A stretch of DNA of 64,000 nucleotides, taken from Acutalibacteraceae bacterium (GTDB lineage Bacteria > Bacillota > Clostridia > Oscillospirales > Acutalibacteraceae). The notes below the pieces were generated by a model. The model searched no databases. It saw only the letters and a program-made list of their open reading frames with translations, and was not told where the DNA came from. The DNA lies in contig JAZNJD010000053.1 of NCBI GenBank assembly GCA_045577835.1, positions 1,252 to 65,251 on the forward strand. The letters are read 5' to 3'. Numbering within the stretch: the first letter of the stretch is position 1; every line of letters begins with the position of its first letter. A program made the translations under genes and the position numbers. Shown one piece after another: positions 39,229 through 48,669 of the stretch.

Positions 39229-39579
39229 CTAAATATAAAAAACAATTATTCCTATAATTACAAGAATATTACCTAACAACTTTCTTTTAGTTATTTTCTC
39301 ACCAAAAAACACAAGGGAGAAAATCATAATAAGCACATAACCTAGCGATTCAATAACAGGACCGTTTTTATAATCTAATCCCCTACCGTAAGCTAGTACC
39401 GTAAGAACGGTTGTTAGCGCCATCATTCCGTAACCTATAATGACATACACATTTAGATACTCTTTTAAAACAGAGGTGTGTTGCTTTTGCGCACTTTTTT
39501 TAAGAAATACTTGTGAAAACGCCGATACTATAACGGCAGATACCATAAGTATCCAAGGTAAATATTTAATCATGTTCAC
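39229..39579 (-). CDS. SMR/EamA-like 4-TM subunit, ArnE/ArnF-like flippase candidate
   Basis: 116 aa with 4 TM segments. Overlaps the upstream paralog by 14 nt. Confidence 0.55.
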   Translation of the reverse strand: MNMIKYLPWILMVSAVIVSAFSQVFLKKSAQKQHTSVLKEYLNVYVIIGYGMMALTTVLTVLAYGRGLDYKNGPVIESLGYVLIMIFSLVFFGEKITKRKLLGNILVIIGIIVFYI

Positions 39580-39943
39580 TATTCACTATCATTGTGCCTA
39601 TAAGAACAATGATTACTCCTATAATATTTTGAACGGTTATATTATCCTTAAAAATAACCGCTGCCCAAATCATCGACCATATAATTGCCATAGCACGATT
39701 AGCATAGGCGATAGACAGGTCAACCTTTTTAATGATTTGTTGCCAAAGTAGCGCATAAATACCTAAAACACAAAATTCGGCACCGTAAAACAAAATAAAT
39801 TTCCAGGATAAAAACGGATTGCCCGAGGCTAATTTTGCAAATATACCCGAAGCGGTGTAAATCATCACTACCGCCTGTAGCATCAGTATCTGTTTTAAGC
39901 TTATCTTGCGAGTTTTATTATTTTTTTCCATCATCATTACCAA
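39566..39943 (-). CDS. SMR/EamA-like 4-TM subunit, ArnE/ArnF-like flippase candidate
   Basis: 125 aa with 4 TM segments. Overlaps the GT2 gene by 26 nt. Confidence 0.55.
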   Translation of the reverse strand: MVMMMEKNNKTRKISLKQILMLQAVVMIYTASGIFAKLASGNPFLSWKFILFYGAEFCVLGIYALLWQQIIKKVDLSIAYANRAMAIIWSMIWAAVIFKDNITVQNIIGVIIVLIGTMIVNSEHD

Positions 39944-40874
39944 TATTAACGGTTTTGCGTATAACCGCTTGAGGAGAATTATTAAGGCTTATATAAATTC
40001 TTCCTATGTATTCGCCTATTAAACCAAGCATTAATAAAACCATTCCGCCTAAAAAGACTAGCATGGCCATAATTGAACTATATCCCATCGGAGAGGTTGG
40101 ATTAAAGAAAAGCTTGTTAAGTATAACATAGATTCCGTATAAAAATCCAACGCTTGCACAGATAACACCTATTATTGTGGCAATTCTTAAAGGCTTTACA
40201 GAAAAGGACGTAAATCCGTTTACCCAAAGACTCATTAATTTTTTAAAGGTGTATCCGGAATTGCCCTCTAACCTGTCCTGATGATGAATTTCTACATTTG
40301 CGATTTTCTTGGTTGAACGAAGCAGTAGACCTGAAACATAAGGATATGGATTATTATATTTAATAACCTCGTCGATTATAAAACGGCGACAGCAAAAATA
40401 ACTCATCATAGCAAGCTCTTTAGGCTTTTCGAGCATAATACGAGCCATAAGGTCATTTACACTGCTACCGAAATTGCGGAAAAAGGAATGCTTCTTATTA
40501 GAATACTTTGCAAAAACAACATCGTAGCCTTCAAGCAGCTTATCAACAAGCACAAAAAGCTCAGAGGCGGGTGTTTGACCGTCATCGTCTAAGCATACAA
40601 CAATATCGCCTGTTACAAATCTAAAGCCTGTCATCAAAGCAGAATGTTGACCAAAATTTTTAGAAAGGTCAATACCTTTAATTCTATTATCCTTTTTAGC
40701 CATATCGCAAATCACATCAAACACATTATCAGGCGAGCTGTCATTAACCAAGATAATCTCATAATCATATTCCGCACGAAGTGACATAGTTTCTTTTATG
40801 CTTTGGGCAACAAGCGGTATTGTCTTTTCAGAACGATAACACGGAATAACAAACGATATTTTATTAAGCTTCAT
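39918..40874 (-). CDS. GT2 polyprenyl-phosphate glycosyltransferase (ArnC/GtrB/CsbB-like)
   Basis: 318 aa. SFVIPCY...NDSSPD...DDDGQ GT-A motifs plus two C-terminal TM helices. Confidence 0.82.
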   Translation of the reverse strand: MKLNKISFVIPCYRSEKTIPLVAQSIKETMSLRAEYDYEIILVNDSSPDNVFDVICDMAKKDNRIKGIDLSKNFGQHSALMTGFRFVTGDIVVCLDDDGQTPASELFVLVDKLLEGYDVVFAKYSNKKHSFFRNFGSSVNDLMARIMLEKPKELAMMSYFCCRRFIIDEVIKYNNPYPYVSGLLLRSTKKIANVEIHHQDRLEGNSGYTFKKLMSLWVNGFTSFSVKPLRIATIIGVICASVGFLYGIYVILNKLFFNPTSPMGYSSIMAMLVFLGGMVLLMLGLIGEYIGRIYISLNNSPQAVIRKTVNIGNDDGKK

Positions 40875-41394
40875 TGATTTTTCCCCATTCAGATTTTAAA
40901 ATTCCCATAAAAACTATATCGTGCGGTTTACCGTCTATCCACACATCCTCACGAAAGCATCCTTCTTCAACAAAGCCAGCTTTTTTATAGCATGCAATAG
41001 CTGATAAATTATCGGCAAAAACTCTAAGCATTACTTTATTTAGGTTTAATTCTTCAAACGCATATTTTAATATCAGAGAAGTGGCGATAGTACCGTATCC
41101 TTTACCGCGTGCTATATCCTCGCCAATAAAAATTCCAAACTCTGCCTTTTGATGAGTGTGGTCAATATCTCGCATATAAACCGAACCCAAAGACTTTTGA
41201 GTTTCAGTTTCAACAATAATAAACTGAACTACCTTGCCTGTTTCTACGCCGTTTTTTATCCAGTTTAAATGGTCTTCTCTGGTAAGTGGTTTACGATAAA
41301 TAAAATGCGAAGAAACGGCTTCGCTATTGCGCCAACGAATTACATCGTCTGTATCGTCCACCGTCATCATACGTAGAGTTATTGCTTCTGCCAT
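40864..41394 (-). CDS. GNAT-family N-acetyltransferase
   Basis: 176 aa. ARGKGYGT acetyl-CoA-binding motif and RimL-like layout. Confidence 0.8.
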   Translation of the reverse strand: MAEAITLRMMTVDDTDDVIRWRNSEAVSSHFIYRKPLTREDHLNWIKNGVETGKVVQFIIVETETQKSLGSVYMRDIDHTHQKAEFGIFIGEDIARGKGYGTIATSLILKYAFEELNLNKVMLRVFADNLSAIACYKKAGFVEEGCFREDVWIDGKPHDIVFMGILKSEWGKINEA

Positions 41395-41400
41395 ATAAAG

Positions 41401-42558
41401 TTACCGCCCTTTAAAAAATTCTTTTACTTTTTCTATAATATATTGTTGGTCATTTTTGCTCAAATTATAATACATTGGTAATCTAACAAGTCTATCACTT
41501 TCGCTTGTAGTATAATTATCCTCACCGGAAAATCTACCAAACTTTAGACCTGCAGGCGCAGAATGAAGCGGAACATAGTGGAAAACGCTTAAAATGTCAT
41601 TTGCCTTCAAAAATGCTATAAAGTCGGTACGCTGTTTTAAATCCTTTAATTTGAGATAAAACATATGTGCATTATGAACACAACCGTCAGGAATGGTAGG
41701 TAACTCAAGTAAGCCATCGTCTGCTAGCTCTTTTAACTCGCTATAATACATATTCCATATATCTAGACGGTTATTATTGATTTCATCAGCCTTTTCAAGC
41801 TGTGCCCAGAGATATGCAGCATTTAGCTCACTTGGAAGATAACTGTCACCAAAATCTACCCATGTATACTTATCCACTTGACCGCGGAAAAATTTAGAAC
41901 GGTTAGTTCCTTTTTCTCTAAGTATCTCGGCACGCTCGTTATATTCAGGATTGTTTATAACCAAGGCACCGCCCTCACCCATGGAATAGTTTTTAGTTTC
42001 GTGGAATGAGTAGCAACCAAAGTCACCAATAGTACCAAGCGCCTTGCCCTTATATGAGCTCATAACACCCTGAGCCGCATCCTCTACTACCATCAAATTG
42101 TGTCGGCGTGCTATGTCCATTATAGTATCCATTTCGCAAGCAACGCCTGCATAATGAACAGGAACTATTACTCGGGTTTTATCGGTTATAGCAGCCTCTA
42201 TTTTTGTTTCGTCAATGTTCATTGTATCGGGACGAACATCAACAAACACAAGTGTAGCACATGCAAGCACAAAGGCGGTTGCAGTGCTTGAAAATGTAAA
42301 GCTCGGTAAAATAACCTCATCACCGGGTTTTAAATCGCACATAAGAGCCGCCATATCAAGAGCGGTTGTTCCGCTGGTTGTAAGCAGTACCTTTTGTGCA
42401 CTGAATTTATTTTCGAGCCATTCGTTACACTTTTTGGTAAACTCACCGTCACCGCAAATCTTTCTATTATCGATGGCTTTTTTTAAATAAGTAAACTCAT
42501 CACCTACAAAAGGTGGAATATTAAAATAAATAATAATTACCCCTCCAAATCGGAACAA
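41401..42558 (-). CDS. DegT/DnrJ/EryC1/StrS-family sugar aminotransferase (ArnB/WecE-like)
   Basis: Family motifs are present, including SFHETKN with the PLP lysine. Start is uncertain. The strong RBS GGAGGGG (42540-42546) is followed in frame only by ATT codons (42529-42537). The track start at 42558 is a TTG without an RBS. Confidence 0.85.
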   Translation of the reverse strand: MFRFGGVIIIYFNIPPFVGDEFTYLKKAIDNRKICGDGEFTKKCNEWLENKFSAQKVLLTTSGTTALDMAALMCDLKPGDEVILPSFTFSSTATAFVLACATLVFVDVRPDTMNIDETKIEAAITDKTRVIVPVHYAGVACEMDTIMDIARRHNLMVVEDAAQGVMSSYKGKALGTIGDFGCYSFHETKNYSMGEGGALVINNPEYNERAEILREKGTNRSKFFRGQVDKYTWVDFGDSYLPSELNAAYLWAQLEKADEINNNRLDIWNMYYSELKELADDGLLELPTIPDGCVHNAHMFYLKLKDLKQRTDFIAFLKANDILSVFHYVPLHSAPAGLKFGRFSGEDNYTTSESDRLVRLPMYYNLSKNDQQYIIEKVKEFFKGR

Positions 42559-42576
42559 AAATAAATATATATAATT

Positions 42577-42605
42577 ATTATATAATTATTAACTTATAAA
42601 ATCAA
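42577..42605 (-). promoter_or_regulatory. Sigma-A-type promoter of the amino-sugar operon
   Basis: Minus strand TTGATT-N17-TATAAT. Shares an identical 19-mer with the wzz promoter at 63121-63139. Confidence 0.55.
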
Positions 42606-42660
42606 GTGCATTATAATTAAAAGTAAAAACAAGGCAGCTTTTAAAGCTGCCTTTTGTCTT

Positions 42661-43239
42661 TTATTTTATATCCTTAAATTCGTTAAGAGCCATTTCTACA
42701 GGAACATAATTTTCTATATAATCAAGAGTCTCCTCTATGCTTGTAGAAACAAAATAAAGCTCTCGGTTTGCTTCGGTCATAAAATTCTTCTCAATAGCAT
42801 TATCTAGCAAGGCAATTAGCGGGTCAAAATATCCGTTTATATTAAGAATTGCGATAGCCTTAGTATGACGGTTTAATTGTCTTAAAGTAAATATCTCAAA
42901 GAACTCATCAAAGGTGCCTGCACCACCCGGTGTTACTATATAGGCATCTGAACGGTTTTCAAGCAACTCTTTACGCTGACGCATATTCTCGGTATAAATA
43001 AACTCGGTGCAACCGTCAAAAAGTGAGCCGTCCACCTGAAAGAATGACGGCGCAATACCTACTATTTCACCGTTTTTCTCTTTAGCGCCTCTGGCTGCAG
43101 CGCCCATCATACCCTCTGCGCCGCCGCCGTAAATAACAGCGTGACCACGCTCAGCTATTGCTCTGCCTAAAGCCTCGCCTGCTTCTATAAAGCTTTTATC
43201 AATGGTGCTTGAAGAAGCACCGTAAACACATATTTTCAT
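42661..43239 (-). CDS. LOG-family (TIGR00730) nucleotide phosphoribohydrolase
   Basis: 192 aa. GGGAEGMMGA and PGGAGTFDE motifs. Confidence 0.85.
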   Translation of the reverse strand: MKICVYGASSSTIDKSFIEAGEALGRAIAERGHAVIYGGGAEGMMGAAARGAKEKNGEIVGIAPSFFQVDGSLFDGCTEFIYTENMRQRKELLENRSDAYIVTPGGAGTFDEFFEIFTLRQLNRHTKAIAILNINGYFDPLIALLDNAIEKNFMTEANRELYFVSTSIEETLDYIENYVPVEMALNEFKDIK

Positions 43240-43721
43240 AAAATTTCTCCTAAAGTTAATTCTGTGCCGTTTAATATTGCACTTATCAGTGTATCACCTA
43301 CATATTCAAGTCTCAGCGAAAAGAATGGGGTGCTATTATCTGCAATAAGCTTTAAAAAAATCTTATCGCCAACCCAAATAGGTAGCGAGGGTATCTTATC
43401 CTTATCAATCCAACAAAGCTCGCCCTCATCGCATTCTTTTATTTCGCCGCTAAAACTATCCGAAACAAAAAGATGCATATACTCTGTTTCCCACTTATCC
43501 GATACAAAGGTAACTATACCTCTGTAATATTGGGTATTAAGCGTTAAGCCTGTTTCCTCAAAGACCTCGCGCAAATTGCATTGTTCAGGGCTCTCTTTAT
43601 CCTCAAACTTACCGCCTATTCCTACCCATTTATCACGGTTAAGGTCGTTTTCCTTTTTTACTCGGTGGAGCATAAGGTACTTGCCGTCTTTTTCTATATG
43701 GCAAAGGGTGGTATTTCTCAT
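43236..43721 (-). CDS. NUDIX hydrolase (MutT-like)
   Basis: 161 aa. Nudix box GIGGKFEDKESPEQCNLREVFEETGL. Confidence 0.85.
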   Translation of the reverse strand: MRNTTLCHIEKDGKYLMLHRVKKENDLNRDKWVGIGGKFEDKESPEQCNLREVFEETGLTLNTQYYRGIVTFVSDKWETEYMHLFVSDSFSGEIKECDEGELCWIDKDKIPSLPIWVGDKIFLKLIADNSTPFFSLRLEYVGDTLISAILNGTELTLGEIL

Positions 43722-45994
43722 TATTTACCTACCTTCTTTGCATCATCCATACTTTTTGCAAGTCCGCTTGCTACATCTGCGGCAGCCTGTTCATGTGAAT
43801 ATCCCTCAATATAGAATATGTCGTTTTTGTGTGCGTAATCAAAAATATTGTTGTACTGAATTTTTTCATACTCTGCAAGCAGTGTTGTATACTGTGTATT
43901 ATTACTCCACTTGTAGTAATTATTTTCAGCATCAATATAGCCGACAGCGTTTATTACAGGAAGTTTTTCTGATAGCTTTAAGAGATACTCATTGTATTTT
44001 GTAGTCTTAACACCTGCAATATCAAGAAGATATGCCGCAAGATAATTAGAGCTTAACTTATCAATCTGCTTTTCCTCAATATCATAGTTTGCCCAGATAA
44101 AGAAAGGTGTAGCGTGACGCTTTTGTTCCTGCTCTATGGTAAGGTTTGTAAGGTCACTAACCCCCATTACCTCACGAATAAATGCACTTTCAATAGACGG
44201 CTGGTGGTCACCGAACATACAAATAATTGTAGGCTCCTTAACATTCCTGAAATAGTTTATCAATTCTTGGAATGCAATATCACTCTTTTTAACAAGAGAT
44301 AAATATCTGTTTGCCTTTATATATTCTTTTGAAGCAGAGGTAAGATAAATTGTTTCTTCAAAGTTTCTAGCAGGTGTTGTGTAACCGCCGTGATTTTGCA
44401 TAGTAACATTGAACATAAAGTAAGGAACAGTCTTATCCCTCGCCTCAAAATCCTCAATTATAAACTTATAATCGTAAGCATCGCTTATATACTGTCTAAG
44501 CAACATGCCTGCACGGTCAGGATAATTCTGGTCGATAAGGTCCTGCAAAAAGTCAGGGTTACTACTGTTTTCAATATAGGCATCCATAAGCGAAATATCT
44601 ATTAGATTTTCAAGACTCACAAACGAATTAAAGCCCATATTGTTATACACGCTAATCCTGTTCCAACCGCTTGCATAATAGGGATGGAACGAAAGTGAGG
44701 AATAGCCTTGACCCTCTAGTGTAGAAACTAAAGAGGCTATCGGGTTTTTGATATACAGCATATAAGCATTACTGCCCGAAGGCAAAAATGCAGTTGTGTG
44801 GCCTGTTAAAAATTCAAACTCGGTATTAGATGTGCCGGCGCCTATTACAGGAACATAGAGATTGCCCTTAACGGTATTTTCGGTAAGGCTTCGCATAAAG
44901 GGCATATAATCCTCATTAGTGGTAAATTCACCCAAAACGCTCATATCAGCAAGTGACTCGTTCATTATACAGATAATATTCGGCGCATTTTCGGTAATGG
45001 GAACCTTATTTTCGGTTTTATCTGTCTCCTTATCTACAAAACCCTGAATATCGTTAGGGTCGTAGCCTGGCGGTGTAGACATGTAAAGATATTTTGTATT
45101 GCAAACAAAGTTGTAAACAAAGCCGTAGTTTCTATAGCCTCTGGTTTGATTCCAAAAGTCAGGCTTTATACCCATATCAGCAAAGATAGAGGTTAAATAA
45201 AATATACCTGCTATTATCAAGAAAACCGCACCTGTAAATACACGGGTGATAATCTTTGTAACCAAGGTAAATTTAGGCGTTGATACCTTAAAACCTAAAA
45301 CCATAAGGAATATAAATAAAAGTGCGCCCGTTATCATAATATCGGTGGGTGTGTAATCATATGTGCTACCGACATTTATAGCGGTGGTAACACTTAAAAA
45401 GTCCATCGGAATAAAGGGTGTGCCTCTGAAATTAGCAAGATAAGCATGCGCTAGGGCAAAGCCAAAAAACACGGGTGTTAACGAAAGTATCGAAATTTTA
45501 ATACTTCCCGATAGGGCAAAGAGTAGGAAATAAAGCAACAGAATTACAACATAGTTGCCCATAAATCCTAAATATGTCATATCGTAAATAAAAATACTGT
45601 TAAGACACTCGGTCATAGTCATTGTGGCTATGGGTATAAGCGCAAAAAGCAGAATGAATGCAATTTTAGAGATAATTTTATTTTTTATCTTTATATTGAA
45701 AATTATAAGCGCACCGATAGCAAACGGAAAAATAAGACAAAAAGCCAACAGCAGCCATTTAGCACTATACTCTTGTTCTATAAACGAGCGATTAAGTATA
45801 ATAACCGCAAGCATTAACACAAAGGCTGTAATAATACCAGCGATTTTAGACCTTTTGGTTGTTTTAACCTCAAAGCTTTCCTTTATAAACATTGGGAAAA
45901 CACTGACAAAGAAAAACTGAACAGCATAGAAAATGCGTTTTGCAATATTAAAAAGGAAATCCTTTACCGTCTTAAATTTTGAGGAAAATTCCAT
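43721..45994 (-). CDS. LTA-synthase-family (sulfatase-domain) polytopic membrane protein
   Basis: 757 aa. About 9 N-terminal TM helices, then an extracellular alkaline-phosphatase/sulfatase-like domain (IICIMNESL...GAGTSNTEFEFLTG). Confidence 0.72.
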   Translation of the reverse strand: MEFSSKFKTVKDFLFNIAKRIFYAVQFFFVSVFPMFIKESFEVKTTKRSKIAGIITAFVLMLAVIILNRSFIEQEYSAKWLLLAFCLIFPFAIGALIIFNIKIKNKIISKIAFILLFALIPIATMTMTECLNSIFIYDMTYLGFMGNYVVILLLYFLLFALSGSIKISILSLTPVFFGFALAHAYLANFRGTPFIPMDFLSVTTAINVGSTYDYTPTDIMITGALLFIFLMVLGFKVSTPKFTLVTKIITRVFTGAVFLIIAGIFYLTSIFADMGIKPDFWNQTRGYRNYGFVYNFVCNTKYLYMSTPPGYDPNDIQGFVDKETDKTENKVPITENAPNIICIMNESLADMSVLGEFTTNEDYMPFMRSLTENTVKGNLYVPVIGAGTSNTEFEFLTGHTTAFLPSGSNAYMLYIKNPIASLVSTLEGQGYSSLSFHPYYASGWNRISVYNNMGFNSFVSLENLIDISLMDAYIENSSNPDFLQDLIDQNYPDRAGMLLRQYISDAYDYKFIIEDFEARDKTVPYFMFNVTMQNHGGYTTPARNFEETIYLTSASKEYIKANRYLSLVKKSDIAFQELINYFRNVKEPTIICMFGDHQPSIESAFIREVMGVSDLTNLTIEQEQKRHATPFFIWANYDIEEKQIDKLSSNYLAAYLLDIAGVKTTKYNEYLLKLSEKLPVINAVGYIDAENNYYKWSNNTQYTTLLAEYEKIQYNNIFDYAHKNDIFYIEGYSHEQAAADVASGLAKSMDDAKKVGK

Positions 45995-46103
45995 ATATAC
46001 TTCCCTTCAGACCTTAAAAACTTAAAGATATGCCATTGCATTATACCACATATTTTCAAAAAAGACAATAGTTTACACAAATGGTAACACTTTCTTAATA
46101 ATT

Positions 46104-46988
46104 TTAGAATTTACTGTATTGTCTTCGATATTCAGTAGGACTTTTATGAACCTTGGCTTTAAAGAAGTTTGAGAAATAATAAATATTAGAAAATCCCACC
46201 TGATTTGCTATATATTCGATAGAATTACCTTTATCTTTGAGCAACTCTTTCGCTCTTGCGAGCCTTAAATTTGAAAGATGCGTCATCACACTAGAGCCCA
46301 TCTCGGCCTTGAAAATTCTCTTTATACTAGAGGTTGAATAAGAGAATTTTTCAGATATATCCTTAAGAGTTATAGGGCTTGAAAGATTTTGACTTAAATA
46401 TTCGCTTATATCGGCTGTAAGCGTTCTGCGGTGAGAATACTGATTATAAGATTCCATTCTTTTCTTTCGCTCGGTGCTCTGTGCCGAGAGTAGCGATAAA
46501 ACTAAAAGCTCGATCGTGTTTTTTATAAACTGCTCGCTTTCAACAGTAGCTTCTGTTTTTCTTTCCATACCGCCGTCTTTCGCAATATCAAGCGGACTTT
46601 TAGGACAAAACAGCTTCTGAGCATAACTTACTATATCGTTGAGATAAAGCTTTTGCCTTTGGTTTACCGATATTATCTTGTTACTGAAAAATTGCATAGA
46701 AAAATCGTTGCACTCAAAACAAAATATAATGATAGAAGCCTTGTCCTGATATGGCTCTAACTTGTGAAATTCCATAGGCTTATGGCATACCATTTCACCG
46801 CTTTTAAGGATATATTTTGAGTTTTCTGCAGTAGCGCATACCTTGCCCTTTTCCACATACACAAATTCCCAACCGCTATGCCGCTCACCGTTATAGGCAA
46901 AATCATACGGCACATCGTAATAAAAGGCACTTTTAAGATTTGTTACCCTTATTTTTTCACCTAAAGTTATTCCTGTTGCTTTTTGCAT
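46104..46988 (-). CDS. AraC-family transcriptional regulator
   Basis: 294 aa. Cupin-like N-terminal sensor domain and a C-terminal double HTH (IANQVGFSNIYYFSNFFK). Confidence 0.85.
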   Translation of the reverse strand: MQKATGITLGEKIRVTNLKSAFYYDVPYDFAYNGERHSGWEFVYVEKGKVCATAENSKYILKSGEMVCHKPMEFHKLEPYQDKASIIIFCFECNDFSMQFFSNKIISVNQRQKLYLNDIVSYAQKLFCPKSPLDIAKDGGMERKTEATVESEQFIKNTIELLVLSLLSAQSTERKKRMESYNQYSHRRTLTADISEYLSQNLSSPITLKDISEKFSYSTSSIKRIFKAEMGSSVMTHLSNLRLARAKELLKDKGNSIEYIANQVGFSNIYYFSNFFKAKVHKSPTEYRRQYSKF

Positions 46989-47134
46989 TGTTTATCCCAC
47001 CGTTTAAAATAAGGTCTCTCAAATTTTTAGTTATATTGTTGAGCTTATTTTATAAATAATTAGACTAAATGTCAATAGTAATTTTAACTAATATTATTTA
47101 TAATGAACATATATGGTTATATGGAAGTGATAAG

Positions 47135-47860
47135 ATGAACGTATTGGTTGTAAGCTGTCATCCTGACGATGTTGAGTGCTACTGTGCCGGCACGCTTATA
47201 AAGTGTGTAAAGCGCGGTGATAGGGTTATAGTTTGCCACGCCTGTAAAGGCGATAAAGGCCACATTGTTATCCCTCCCGATGAACTAACCGTTATCCGTG
47301 AAAACGAGGCTAAAAAAGCGGGCGCTATGGCAGGCATCGAGGTTATCTCGGCAGGCTTTGGCGACCTTGATATTTACGATAATAATAAAGCTTCGCGCGA
47401 TAAAATTATCGACGTTATCCGCTATGCTAACCCCGATTTTATCATCACTCATAATCCGGACGATTATATGCCTGACCATTCGGCAGTTTCCCGTCTTGTA
47501 TTTGATGCTAGCTTTGCGGCAACACTTCCAAACCATACCGACTATCCCCACCGTTTCAGCGAGGAAAATGGCGAGCCCGCAAAACTTGTTCCAATCTACT
47601 ATATGGAACCGGGCGGCGGTGTAAACTTTATCCCTGATGAATATGTGGATATAAGCGAGGAAATCAACCTTAAAATCGATATGCTTCGTTGTCACGAGAG
47701 TCAGCTTAAATGGCTTATGGACCACGATAACGTAGATATCGCAGATTCAATCAGATTTTCGGCACGCTGTCACGGCTACAAGTGCGGCGCAGAGTATGCC
47801 GAAGTTTTCAAGCAGTGCAAGGCGTATTTAAAGGGTACAACCCGTCGCCTACTGCCTTAA
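47135..47860 (+). CDS. PIG-L/LmbE-family N-acetyl-sugar deacetylase (paralog 1)
   Basis: CHPDDVE zinc motif and HNPDDYMPDH. I prefer the ATG at 47135 (MNVLVVSCHPDD), which aligns with the start of paralog 2. Confidence 0.85.
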   Translation: MNVLVVSCHPDDVECYCAGTLIKCVKRGDRVIVCHACKGDKGHIVIPPDELTVIRENEAKKAGAMAGIEVISAGFGDLDIYDNNKASRDKIIDVIRYANPDFIITHNPDDYMPDHSAVSRLVFDASFAATLPNHTDYPHRFSEENGEPAKLVPIYYMEPGGGVNFIPDEYVDISEEINLKIDMLRCHESQLKWLMDHDNVDIADSIRFSARCHGYKCGAEYAEVFKQCKAYLKGTTRRLLP

Positions 47861-47906
47861 ACAGTCTTTAAAAAATTAAATATAATTTTTCGAAAGGAAG
47901 ATAAAA

Positions 47907-48632
47907 ATGAATGTATTAGCAATAGGCTGTCATCCTGATGACGTGGAAATCGCCTGTGCGGGAACACTTGCAAAATGCGTAAAGCGCGGCGACAAGGTTA
48001 TCGTTTGCCACGTTTCTACAGGAAATCTTGGTCACGTTATTATCCCACCCGATGAGCTAACCATTATCCGTGCAAATGAGGCTAAAAAGGCAGGCTCACT
48101 TGCAGGTATCGAGGTTATCTCAGCAGGCTTTAACGACCTTGACATCTATGACAATAACAAAGAGGCAAGAGATAAGATAATCGACGTTATCCGTTATGCT
48201 AACCCCGATTTTATTATCACCCATAATCCTGACGATTATATGCCTGACCACACCGCTGTTTCACGTCTTGTATTTGATGCAAGCTTTGCAGCAACACTTC
48301 CAAACCACACCGATTATCCTCACCGCTACAGCGCAGAGGACGGTGAGCCTGCAAAGCTAGTTCCAATCTACTATATGGACACTTTAGCCGGTGTAAACTT
48401 TGTTCCTGAAGAATTTGTTGATGTAACCGAGGAAATCGACCTTAAGATTAAGATGCTTGAATGTCACGAAAGCCAGATTGTTTGGATGAGAGACCATGAC
48501 CATATTGATTTCTGTGATATGGTAAGAACCTGCTCTCGTTACAGAGGTTACCAGTGCGGTGCTGACTATGCCGAAGGCTTTAGACAGTGCAAGGCATACC
48601 TAAAAGGCACAACCAAGCGCCTACTTCCCTAA
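47907..48632 (+). CDS. PIG-L/LmbE-family N-acetyl-sugar deacetylase (paralog 2)
   Basis: 241 aa, collinear with paralog 1. By eye about 75-80% aa identity, with a nearly identical central block. Confidence 0.85.
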   Translation: MNVLAIGCHPDDVEIACAGTLAKCVKRGDKVIVCHVSTGNLGHVIIPPDELTIIRANEAKKAGSLAGIEVISAGFNDLDIYDNNKEARDKIIDVIRYANPDFIITHNPDDYMPDHTAVSRLVFDASFAATLPNHTDYPHRYSAEDGEPAKLVPIYYMDTLAGVNFVPEEFVDVTEEIDLKIKMLECHESQIVWMRDHDHIDFCDMVRTCSRYRGYQCGADYAEGFRQCKAYLKGTTKRLLP

Positions 48633-48669
48633 TTAAAAATTAAAAATTTACATAAAGGAGAAAACTATT

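Noticed and set aside
47069-47134. N-terminal extensions proposed by the ORF track (47069 for PIG-L, 56721 for yebC, 14266 for VanY-like, 1816 for divIVA)
   Set aside because: The internal ATGs are preceded by good RBSs and give canonical family N-termini (MNVLVVSCHPDD, MSGHSKWNNIK, MAISKRQ, MLNVTDIKNIKF). The extensions overlap neighbouring genes or intergenic promoters.
47135-48632. Tandem PIG-L genes as an assembly duplication artefact
   Set aside because: The copies differ at many positions at both nucleotide and protein level, and each has its own RBS and intergenic spacer. This is a genuine paralog pair.
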